This document shows positions 21,378 through 29,942 of a stretch of DNA of 64,000 bases, one piece after another (position 1 is the first letter of the stretch; every line of letters starts with the position of its first letter). Source of the stretch: Alphaproteobacteria bacterium (GTDB lineage Bacteria > Pseudomonadota > Alphaproteobacteria > UBA828). The stretch covers positions 3,520,001 through 3,584,000 of the forward strand of contig CBDEFM010000002.1 of assembly GCA_965237415.1 (NCBI GenBank), written 5' to 3'. The notes beneath the pieces are model-generated. The model saw only the letters and a list, made by a program, of their open reading frames with translations, had not been told where the DNA came from and ran no database searches. The translations under genes and the position numbers were made by a program.

Positions 21378-22102
21378 TGATCGGCACCGTCATGGTGCCG
21401 ATGCTGCTGTTGCCGCGCCATTGGTTCCGCCAGTTCGTGATCACCTGGTCCGCGGGGAACGGCATGCTGCTGCGGATCATCGCCGGCGTCCATTCGGAAA
21501 TACGGAACCGCGAGCACAGACCCACGGGCGCCGCAATCATAGCGTCCAAGCATCAGTCGGAGTGGGAGGCCCACGTCTTCCTGCACGAGCTCGACGACCC
21601 CGCCTACGTGATCAAGAGGGAGCTGTCGTTCGTCCCCGGCTACGGTTGGTTCTCGGCCAAGGTGAACATGATCTTCGTCGACCGCGAGGGCGGCGCGAAA
21701 TCGCTGCGCGGACTGATCAGGGGTGCGCAGAAGGCGGTGGCACGAGGCCGACCGGTCGTGATCTTCCCCGAGGGCACGCGGGTCATGCCGGGGGAGAAGC
21801 TGCCCTATCGGCCCGGCGTCGCTGCGCTCTATAGCGCCCTCGACGTGCCGGTTGTGCCCGTCGTTCTCAACTCGGGCATGCACTGGCCCAAGGGCTCCTT
21901 CAGGCGCTACCCCGGCACCATCGTCATGGAGTATCTGCCGCCGATCCCGCCGGGGCTGCCGCGGCGCGACTTCATGGAGCGCCTAGAAACGGCGATGGAA
22001 GAAGCATCGCAGAGGCTCTTCGCCGAACTTTACGGCGCACCGGGAGAGGCTGCTTCGAAACAGGCCGAGGAGACTGCGCCGGGACGGGCCGACGCGGCAT
22101 AG
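21374..22102 (+). CDS. Lysophospholipid (1-acyl-sn-glycerol-3-phosphate) acyltransferase, PlsC-like; start uncertain
   Basis: SKHQSEWE, KREL, VDR, IFPEGTR, VVPVVLNSG; GTG/ATG overlaps YdcF stop. Confidence 0.88.
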   Translation: MMIGTVMVPMLLLPRHWFRQFVITWSAGNGMLLRIIAGVHSEIRNREHRPTGAAIIASKHQSEWEAHVFLHELDDPAYVIKRELSFVPGYGWFSAKVNMIFVDREGGAKSLRGLIRGAQKAVARGRPVVIFPEGTRVMPGEKLPYRPGVAALYSALDVPVVPVVLNSGMHWPKGSFRRYPGTIVMEYLPPIPPGLPRRDFMERLETAMEEASQRLFAELYGAPGEAASKQAEETAPGRADAA

Positions 22103-22151
22103 TCCGGCTTTTGACTCTCCTGCCCGAGTCGTCGACCGAACCGTCGTCCGC

Positions 22152-22190
22152 GCGCACCATATTGTATCAAGAGAGCCCGGCTGGTAGAGT
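22152..22190 (+). promoter_or_regulatory. Putative sigma70 promoter of nrdJ with NrdR-box-like element over the -35
   Basis: TTGTAT(22162-67)-17 nt-TAGAGT(22185-90); core CACCATATTG matches 8/10 of CwAtATaTwG. Confidence 0.55.
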
Positions 22191-22201
22191 GGGCGGGTGC
22201 G

Positions 22202-22216
22202 AAACAAAGTGCGAAC
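22202..22216. promoter_or_regulatory. Alphaproteobacterial LexA-box-like site upstream of nrdJ
   Basis: AAAC-aaagtgc-GAAC, one mismatch to GAAC-N7-GAAC, just downstream of the putative -10. Confidence 0.5.
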
Positions 22217-22267
22217 ATCGGCGTATGGCGAGCCGATGGACGCGCACGCGGGGGCGATGGGCCCGTC

Positions 22268-24652
22268 ATGACTGAGATGCTGCCGATCTCGTCCCGAATT
22301 TGGGACATGAAGTACCGCCTGAAGGCGGCAGACGGCACGCCCATCGACGGCACGATCGAGGATAGCTGGCGGCGGGTGGCCCGCGCGCTGGCCTCGGCCG
22401 AGTCGGAGCCCGAGCGCTGGGAGCCGGTGTTCTACGAGGCGCTCCAGGGGTTCAAGCTCCTGCCCGCCGGCCGCATCCTCGCCGGCGCCGGTGCGGAGCG
22501 GCAGGTCACCCTCTTCAACTGCTTCGTGATGGGGCGGATCGCGGACGACATGACCGCGATCTTCGAGCACCTGAAGGAAGCGGCGCTGACCATGCAGCAA
22601 GGCGGCGGCATCGGTTACGACTTCTCGACGCTCCGGCCCAAGGGTGCGCCGGTCAAGGGCGTCGGCGCCGACGCATCGGGGCCGCTTCCGTTCATGGATG
22701 TCTGGGATGCGATGTGCCGCACCATCATGAGCGCCGGCTTTCGCCGCGGGGCGATGATGGGCTGTCTGCGCTGCGATCACCCCGACATCGAGGCCTTCAT
22801 CGAGGCCAAGCGCGACCCTGGCCGGCTCCGCATGTTCAACCTCTCGGTGCTGGTGACCGATGCGTTCATGCAGGCGGTCAAGGACAACGCTTCGTGGGAG
22901 CTCGCCTTCGAGGGCGTCGTCTACCGCACCGTTACGGCGCGCACGCTGTGGGAGCGGATCATCCGCTCGACCTACGCCTACGCCGAGCCCGGCGTGATCT
23001 TCATCGACCGCATCAACCGGACCAACAACCTCGCCTATTGCGAGGAGATCTTCGCCACCAATCCTTGCGGCGAGCAGCCGCTGCCCCCCTATGGCGCCTG
23101 CCTTCTGGGCTCGATCAACCTGGCGAGCCTGGTGCGGGACCCCTTCGAGCAGGACGCCGCGCTCGACATGGCGGTGCTGGAGGCGCTCACCGCCACCGCC
23201 GTCAGGATGCTCGACAACGCGATCGATTGCTCGCGCTTCCCCATCGCGGCACAGCAGGAAGAGGCGCAGGCCAAGCGGCGCATCGGGCTCGGCGTCACCG
23301 GGCTCGCCGACGCGCTCATCATGTGCCGGGCGCGCTACGGCGGCAACACGGCGAACGCCCTGATCGAGCAGTGGATGGGTGGCCTGCAGCGGGCGGCATA
23401 TCTGGCGTCGGCAGAGCTTGCGGCGGAGAAGGGTGTCTTCCCCCTCTACGACCCCGCGCGCTATGCCGAGAGCCCGACGATCCGGCGCCTCGACGAGGAC
23501 GTGCGGGCTGCGATCGACGAATCGGGGGTCCGCAATGCACTGCTCACCTCGGTGGCGCCGACGGGCACGATCTCGCTTGTGGCAGGCAATGTCTCGTCCG
23601 GTATCGAGCCGGTGTTCAGCTACTCATACACGCGCAACGTGCTCATGCCGGACGGCACGCGCCGGGCGGAAACCGTGGACGACCACGCCTATCTGCTGTT
23701 TCGCCGCCTCAAGGGCGATGCGGCGTCGCTGCCGGACTATTTCGTCGACGCTCAGTCGCTTCGCCCAGCCGATCACCTCACCGTCCAGGCGCAGGCCCAG
23801 GCCTTCGTCGACAGCTCCATCTCCAAGACCATCAACTGCCCGGAGGAGATGGAATTCGACGATTTCAAGGACGTCTACCTGCGGGCCTACGATCTTGGCT
23901 GCAAGGGCTGCACCACTTACCGACCCAACCCGGTGACGGGCGCGGTGCTGGAGGGCGCATCCGGCGTGGCAGCGCGCAGGGCGCCCGCGGCCAGTGCCGA
24001 GGGTGCGGCCGCGCCGGTCGCAGACGCGCCTGCGCGCCTTCCCGCCGCCCGGCAGAGCGAGCTGCCGCTGGAGCCGCCGCCGGCCCGGCCGGAGGATGCC
24101 TTCGAGGCGGGCGCGGTCATCCACATGACCCGCCCGCTGGAGCGGCCGGAGGCGCTGCAGGGCAGCACCTACAAGATCCGTTGGCCAGAGCACGACCACG
24201 CCATCTACATCACCATCAACGACATCATCCGCGACGGGCGGCGGCAGCCCTTCGAGATCTTCATCAATTCGAAGAACACCGAGCACTATGCCTGGACGGT
24301 CGCGTTGACGCGGATGATCAGCGCCGTGTTCCGCCGGGGCGGCGACGTGTCGTTCATCGTGGACGAACTCAAGGCGGTCTTCGATCCGAGGGGCGGCCAA
24401 TGGGTTGGCGGCCATTACGTGCCCTCCATTCTCGCCGCCATCGGCGGCGTAATCGAACAGCATCTGGTAAGCATCGGTGCCCTCGTGCCGCCGGAGAGCG
24501 AGATCGTGCGCCTGGAGGCGCCCGCGGCCGCAGACGGTGGTGCGGCGCAGGCCGAGTTGGTGCGGTACTGCGGGCGTTGCGGGCAACCCGGCCTCTTGCA
24601 CCGGGAGGGGTGCGATCTCTGCCCTGCTTGCGGCTACTCCAAGTGTGCGTGA
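22268..24652 (+). CDS. nrdJ: Class II adenosylcobalamin-dependent ribonucleotide reductase with C-terminal TSCPD/zinc-ribbon region
   Basis: LFNCFV, QGGGIG, RRGAMM, TNPCGEQ, CLLGSINL, APTGTIS, SISKTIN, KGCTTYR; C-terminal CGRC...CPACGYSKC; no ATP cone. Confidence 0.93.
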   Translation: MTEMLPISSRIWDMKYRLKAADGTPIDGTIEDSWRRVARALASAESEPERWEPVFYEALQGFKLLPAGRILAGAGAERQVTLFNCFVMGRIADDMTAIFEHLKEAALTMQQGGGIGYDFSTLRPKGAPVKGVGADASGPLPFMDVWDAMCRTIMSAGFRRGAMMGCLRCDHPDIEAFIEAKRDPGRLRMFNLSVLVTDAFMQAVKDNASWELAFEGVVYRTVTARTLWERIIRSTYAYAEPGVIFIDRINRTNNLAYCEEIFATNPCGEQPLPPYGACLLGSINLASLVRDPFEQDAALDMAVLEALTATAVRMLDNAIDCSRFPIAAQQEEAQAKRRIGLGVTGLADALIMCRARYGGNTANALIEQWMGGLQRAAYLASAELAAEKGVFPLYDPARYAESPTIRRLDEDVRAAIDESGVRNALLTSVAPTGTISLVAGNVSSGIEPVFSYSYTRNVLMPDGTRRAETVDDHAYLLFRRLKGDAASLPDYFVDAQSLRPADHLTVQAQAQAFVDSSISKTINCPEEMEFDDFKDVYLRAYDLGCKGCTTYRPNPVTGAVLEGASGVAARRAPAASAEGAAAPVADAPARLPAARQSELPLEPPPARPEDAFEAGAVIHMTRPLERPEALQGSTYKIRWPEHDHAIYITINDIIRDGRRQPFEIFINSKNTEHYAWTVALTRMISAVFRRGGDVSFIVDELKAVFDPRGGQWVGGHYVPSILAAIGGVIEQHLVSIGALVPPESEIVRLEAPAAADGGAAQAELVRYCGRCGQPGLLHREGCDLCPACGYSKCA

Positions 24653-24718
24653 GAAGTCCGGACTGGCGCTTGAACCCTTAGAGCACCCTGATTACCGTTC
24701 TCCGGACCGAGTCCGTCC

Positions 24719-25771
24719 ATGAGAAGACCGATGCGACTCGTTCTCCTCGCCCCCTTCGCCGCGGGCGCAATCGCGATCGCCGTGGCCGGATATACCGGCT
24801 ACTGGTTCATCGCTGCGGGCGAAATCGGGGACCGGATCGACGATTGGGCCGAAAAACAACGCGCCCAGGGGCTCGAGATCGAGACCGGGGGGACGCAGGT
24901 GTCAGGCTTCCCGTTCCGCTTCGAGGTCACTCTGCGCGAGCTGCAAATCCACGACACGCGGAACGGGTGGCGCTGGGCTTCCGATTCGCTGCGCGCGGAA
25001 GCCTCCGCCTGGGACTTCAGCGAAGTCACCGTCTTCCCCGACCGCCGCAATTCGGTTCAGGTTCTTCTCGAAGGCGGCGAATGGCGCGACATCGATGCAG
25101 AGATCGACGACGGGCGGCTCGTCGTCAGGCTGGACGATGACAGGCGCTTCAGGGAGATCATGCTCGACCTGCAGGGGCTTGAGATCGCGGGCGTGTGGCC
25201 GCAGGGGGCCGCGCAGATCGGCAGCCTGCAAGCGAACGGCATCGCCATCGACGACGACGGCAGCGGCGAGGAGGTCCTGAAGACATCGATCGCCGTGCGC
25301 GATGCCGTGCTCCCGAGCGATCTCGCCGAAGGGCTCGGCGAGACCCTCGACTTTCTCGACATCGACGCGAGCGTGGTAGGTTCGATTCCAAGCGAGCGCG
25401 GGACGAACGAGGCGATCACCGCCTGGCGCGACGCCGGCGGCACGCTGGAGCTTACCGGCCTCCGCGTGCGCTGGGGGCCTCTCGGGATCGAAACGAGCGG
25501 GACAATCGCGCTCGACGGGGCCATGCGCCCGATCGCCGCGCTGACCGCCGACATCATCGGCTACGGCGATGTCATCGACGCGCTGATCATGAGCAACCTG
25601 ATCCCCTTGGGCGAGGGCTTCATCGCCAAGGTCGCCTTCAACTTGCTGGCCGAGAAGCCGGAGGACGGCAGCCCTCCGGTGTTGCGCGGGGTGCCCGTGA
25701 CGGCGCAGGACGGCACATTGACCGTGGCCACGATCAAGGTCGCGGAGTTGCCGCCGCTGCCCCTGGAGTAA
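24719..25771 (+). CDS. DUF2125 family protein
   Basis: N-terminal TM with YTGYWF, SGFPFRF, WRDAGGTLE, WGPL motifs. Confidence 0.8.
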   Translation: MRRPMRLVLLAPFAAGAIAIAVAGYTGYWFIAAGEIGDRIDDWAEKQRAQGLEIETGGTQVSGFPFRFEVTLRELQIHDTRNGWRWASDSLRAEASAWDFSEVTVFPDRRNSVQVLLEGGEWRDIDAEIDDGRLVVRLDDDRRFREIMLDLQGLEIAGVWPQGAAQIGSLQANGIAIDDDGSGEEVLKTSIAVRDAVLPSDLAEGLGETLDFLDIDASVVGSIPSERGTNEAITAWRDAGGTLELTGLRVRWGPLGIETSGTIALDGAMRPIAALTADIIGYGDVIDALIMSNLIPLGEGFIAKVAFNLLAEKPEDGSPPVLRGVPVTAQDGTLTVATIKVAELPPLPLE

Positions 25772-25787
25772 GGCAGCGCTCGGGGAG

Positions 25788-26543
25788 CTAAGGCTTCGCC
25801 AAGACCCCGCCGTCGACGATCAGCTCGGTCCCGGTGATGAACGACGCCGCGTCGGAAAGCAGGAAGAGCGTGGCATTTGCCATGTCCCGAGGGGTACCGA
25901 CGCGACCCAGCGGCACCGCTGCCTCCGTGGCTTCCCTGAGCGCGGGCTTGTCGATCCACCGCTGCTGCATTGGCGTCTGCGTGGGCCCCGGCAGGACGGC
26001 GTTGGAACGGATGCCGTCGGCCGCGAACTGGATCGCGATGGACTTCGACATCGCAATCAGGCCGGCCTTGGAAGCCTGGTAGGCATCCTGGGGCGCGTCG
26101 TCGCCGCGCACGCATTGGATGGTGGAGATGTGCACCATCGCGCCGCCGCCCGTCTGCTTCATCAGCGGCACCGCGTGGCGGATGCAGACCGCCGCGCCCT
26201 TAAGGTTGATCGCGAGCACGTCGTCCCAGACGCCGAGGTCGATATCGACCAGCGAGCGGTCGCGGCCGAGCAGTAGGACGCCCGCGGCATTCACCAGGTA
26301 GTCGAGCCGGCCCGCCGCCTCGTAGCAAGCGGCCAGCGCCTGAGCCACGGCCTCCGCATCGCGAAGGTCGGCCTGGACATAGCGGGCGCCGGCGGGCAGA
26401 TCGTCCGGTGCCGGCTTCACATCGAAGAGCGTCGCCTGCGCGCCGGCACCGATCAGATCGCGCGCGATCTGTAGTCCCATGCCGCCGCCGGCGCCTGTCA
26501 CGAAAGCGTTGCGCCCGCTGAAGTCGGCCTGCTTCTGGGTCAT
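25788..26543 (-). CDS. Short-chain dehydrogenase/reductase
   Basis: TGAGGGMG, LVNAAG, YQASK, PG, ITG...VDGG. Confidence 0.93.
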   Translation of the reverse strand: MTQKQADFSGRNAFVTGAGGGMGLQIARDLIGAGAQATLFDVKPAPDDLPAGARYVQADLRDAEAVAQALAACYEAAGRLDYLVNAAGVLLLGRDRSLVDIDLGVWDDVLAINLKGAAVCIRHAVPLMKQTGGGAMVHISTIQCVRGDDAPQDAYQASKAGLIAMSKSIAIQFAADGIRSNAVLPGPTQTPMQQRWIDKPALREATEAAVPLGRVGTPRDMANATLFLLSDAASFITGTELIVDGGVLAKP

Positions 26544-26673
26544 CGGTCCCTCCCTGATTGAAGTATCGCTTTAGCCGCATTTCCAGCGCACTCGCAAGCT
26601 ATCGCTCAAGTGGGCCCTATGGCACGCTTTAGGTGGGGCGCCGCAGCAGGGTGAGCCACCGAGCCGAGGAGTC

Positions 26674-27786
26674 GTGGACAAGCTCGACCGCAGACTGAGC
26701 GTCGCGCCGATGATGGCGCGGACGGACCGCCACTGCCGCTACTTCCTGAGGCAGATCACGGCGCGCACGCTCCTCTACAGCGAGATGATCCATGCCGAGG
26801 CGGTGCTGCGGGGCGATCGTCACCGGCTGCTGGCCTTCGACGAGGCGGAGCATCCTGTGGGCCTCCAGCTCGGCGGAGCGGAGCCCGACGCGCTGGCCCG
26901 CGCGGCGGAGGTTGGCCAGGTTTTCGGCTACGACGAGATCAATCTTAATATCGGCTGCCCCAGCCCCCGCGTCCGCGCCGGCCGCTTCGGCGCAGCCCTC
27001 ATGGAGGCGCCGGATCTGGTGGCGGATTGCGCGCGCGCGATGATCCGCGCCGTCGATGTTCCCGTCACGGTCAAGTGCCGCATCGGTGTCGCGCGGGACG
27101 CGCGCGGAGCGCACGACGGCCGGGGTGCCTATGAGGACCTGAAGGCCTTCGTCGAAACGGTCGCCGCCGCTGGCGTGAAGAGCTTCGCCGTGCATGCGCG
27201 GATCGCGGTGCTGGACGGCCTGAGCCCGGTCGAGAACCGGGAGATTCCGCCGCTCCGCTACGACGCGGTTTACCGCCTGAAGCAGGACGTGCCGACGCTA
27301 GAGGTGGTCATCAACGGCGGCGTCGCCAGCCTCGACGAAGCGGAGGCGCACCTCCACGCAGTCGACGGTGCCATGATCGGACGCGCGGCCTACGCCAATC
27401 CCGCCATTCTGCTTGCCGCCGATCGGCGCATCTTCGGTGCGCCGGCGCGTGCCCTGCCGAGCCGGCACGACATCGCCCGTGTCATGCTGCCCTATGTGCG
27501 CCAGACCTGCGCGGACGGCGTGCCGCTCCACCACATCACCCGTCACATGCTCGGGCTCTTCGCAAACCGGCCCGGCGGGCGCGCCTGGCGGCGCGCTCTC
27601 GGTGGGGGCGGCCATCGCCCCGGCGCCGGTGCCGAGGTCATCGATGAGGCGCTCGCGCTGGTGCCGGAGCGGCTCTCAGCCGATGAGGTCCCGCCCCACG
27701 ATGCCGGGTGGCCCAGCGCGGACCGAGGCAGCCGCGGCTTCACGCCGGCGCGGGAATCCCCTTCCATCAACTCTCCCGCCCGCTAA
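26674..27786 (+). CDS. dusA: tRNA-dihydrouridine(20/20a) synthase
   Basis: SVAPMM, TDRHCR, YDEINLNIGCPS, VKCRIG, ENREIPPL, INGG, GRAAY. Confidence 0.93.
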   Translation: MDKLDRRLSVAPMMARTDRHCRYFLRQITARTLLYSEMIHAEAVLRGDRHRLLAFDEAEHPVGLQLGGAEPDALARAAEVGQVFGYDEINLNIGCPSPRVRAGRFGAALMEAPDLVADCARAMIRAVDVPVTVKCRIGVARDARGAHDGRGAYEDLKAFVETVAAAGVKSFAVHARIAVLDGLSPVENREIPPLRYDAVYRLKQDVPTLEVVINGGVASLDEAEAHLHAVDGAMIGRAAYANPAILLAADRRIFGAPARALPSRHDIARVMLPYVRQTCADGVPLHHITRHMLGLFANRPGGRAWRRALGGGGHRPGAGAEVIDEALALVPERLSADEVPPHDAGWPSADRGSRGFTPARESPSINSPAR

Positions 27787-27842
27787 GATGACACGCCCGC
27801 GGCCGAGACGGCCGTGAATTGTATGCACGGGGACGGGGAACG

Positions 27843-29942
27843 ATGGCGAGAATCGGCGTCGATGTCGGGGGGACGTTCACCGATCTCATCCTGGAGACCG
27901 ACAGTGCCGCCAACGGCGGCGGCCGGGTCTTCGTGCACAAGGTGCCGAGTACGCCGGAAGACCAGTCGCGCGGAGTCATCCAAGGCGTCCTCGAGATCTG
28001 CGCCGAGGCAGGCATTGCGCCGGGCGACATCGAGCAAATCGTGCACGGCACGACCATCGCGACGAACACGGTGATCGAGTACTCCGGCGCCGAGGTCGGA
28101 ATGCTTACCACACGGGGCTTTCGCGACATCCTGCACATGGCGCGGCACAAGCGGCCCCATAACTTCTCCGTGCAGTTCGACGTCCCCTGGCAGTCGCGCC
28201 CGCTGGTCAAGCGCCGGAACCGCATCCCGATTACCGAGCGCATCCTGCCGCCTGAGGGCAACGTCGAGACCGCGCTCGACGAGGACGAGGTGCGCGCCGC
28301 CGCCGAGCTGCTCAAGTCGCGCGACGTGGATGCCATCATCGTCTGCTTCCTCTTCGCCTTTTTGAACGATGAGCACGAGCAGCGTGCCAAGGAGATCGTC
28401 AAGGAGGTGATTCCAGATGCCTACGTCAGCTGCTCCTCCGAGGTGGTTGACGTGATCCGGGAATACGAGCGCTTCTCGACGGCGGCGATGAACGCCTTCA
28501 TCGGGCCCCGCACGTCCTTCTATCTCAACAATCTGGACACGGCGCTGAAGGAGAATGGCGTCAACGCCCAGATTCGCGTCATGCAGTCCAACGGTGGCGT
28601 GACCACGCTTGCCGGCGCGGCCGAGCGCCCGGTGACGATCCTGATGTCCGGGCCCGCTGGCGGCGTCATCGGTGGCCAGTGGGCGGGGGACATGTCGGGC
28701 GTGCGCAACCTGATCACGGTCGATATCGGCGGCACGTCGGCGGACATCAGCGTGGTGCCGGACGGCGAGGTCCGCATCATGAACCCGCGGGACACGCAGG
28801 TCGGCGGCTACCCGGTTCTGGCGCCGATGATCGACCTCGCGACGATCGGCGCCGGCGGCGGGTCGATCGCCTATGTCGACGAAGGCGGTGCCTTTCGCGT
28901 GGGTCCCCGCTCCGCCGGTGCAGCGCCGGGGCCGGCCTGCTACGGCCACGGCGGCACCGAGCCGACCGTGACCGATGCCCAGGTGGTGCTCGGCCGGCTC
29001 GATCCGGAGCAGTTCCTCGGCGGCGGCCTGGAGCTCGATCCGGCGAAGTCGCGCAAGGCGCTCGAAGACAATCTCTGCGGCCCGCTCGACATGTCGCTCG
29101 AAGAGGCGGCGCTCGGCGTGATCCGGGTGATCAACTCCAACATGTCCCTCGCGATCCGCGCCAACTCGGTCGCCAAGGGCGTCGACCCGCGGGATTATGC
29201 TCTGGTCGCCTTCGGCGGCGCCGGGCCGCTGCACGGTGTGGCACTTGCGCGCTCGGTCTTCGCGCGCGAGGTGATCGTGCCGCCGGCACCGGGCATCAAT
29301 GCCGCGACCGGGCTGCTCGCCACCGACATGCGCTACGAGTTCACCCGCTCGGTGCTGTGCGTCCTTACCAAGGCGGGCCAGGACGAGATCAACAGCCTGA
29401 ACGCCGAGACCGAAACCCTTGTGCAACGCGCGCGCGACGCCCTGGCAGCGGATGGCGTGGCGCCCGAGAACCAGCGCGTCGTCAGGATCGCCGAGTGCCG
29501 CTATCAGGGGCAGGGCTTCGAGCTTCGTGGCACCATGCCGGACGGCCCGCTGGCGCTGGATAACCGGGCAGAGCTCCTGGCGAGCTTCCATGAGCGGCAC
29601 CGGCAGGATTACGGCCACGCCTTCGAGGACCAGGAGGTCGAGGTCATCACGCTTCGGGTCGTCGCTTCGGCCGGAATCGGCGCGCTCAGTTGGCCGGAAT
29701 TACCGGCCGGCAGCGGACGCAACCCGGAAGATGCGTTGCTCTATCGCCGCGCCACCACCTTCGACGACGGCCGTGCCTACGAAACGCCGCGCTTCGACCG
29801 AGGCAAGCTCAAGGCCGGGCAGCATATCGACGGCCCCGCCATCGTCATCCAGACCGATTCGACCACGATCGTCCCGCCCGGCTACGAGGCGACGGTCGCG
29901 CAATCGGGCAATCTACACGTCAGGGAGGTCGCCGATTCATGA
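27843..29942 (+). CDS. Hydantoinase/oxoprolinase subunit A (ATP-binding)
   Basis: GVDVGGTFTD, HGTT, REYER, SGPAGG, DIGGTS, GAGGGS, SAGAAPGP, FGGAGPLH. Confidence 0.93.
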   Translation: MARIGVDVGGTFTDLILETDSAANGGGRVFVHKVPSTPEDQSRGVIQGVLEICAEAGIAPGDIEQIVHGTTIATNTVIEYSGAEVGMLTTRGFRDILHMARHKRPHNFSVQFDVPWQSRPLVKRRNRIPITERILPPEGNVETALDEDEVRAAAELLKSRDVDAIIVCFLFAFLNDEHEQRAKEIVKEVIPDAYVSCSSEVVDVIREYERFSTAAMNAFIGPRTSFYLNNLDTALKENGVNAQIRVMQSNGGVTTLAGAAERPVTILMSGPAGGVIGGQWAGDMSGVRNLITVDIGGTSADISVVPDGEVRIMNPRDTQVGGYPVLAPMIDLATIGAGGGSIAYVDEGGAFRVGPRSAGAAPGPACYGHGGTEPTVTDAQVVLGRLDPEQFLGGGLELDPAKSRKALEDNLCGPLDMSLEEAALGVIRVINSNMSLAIRANSVAKGVDPRDYALVAFGGAGPLHGVALARSVFAREVIVPPAPGINAATGLLATDMRYEFTRSVLCVLTKAGQDEINSLNAETETLVQRARDALAADGVAPENQRVVRIAECRYQGQGFELRGTMPDGPLALDNRAELLASFHERHRQDYGHAFEDQEVEVITLRVVASAGIGALSWPELPAGSGRNPEDALLYRRATTFDDGRAYETPRFDRGKLKAGQHIDGPAIVIQTDSTTIVPPGYEATVAQSGNLHVREVADS

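Noticed and set aside
26620-26636. Sigma54 promoter-like TGGCACG upstream of dusA
   Set aside because: The -12 TTGC element is absent (reads TGGCACGCTTTAGGT)
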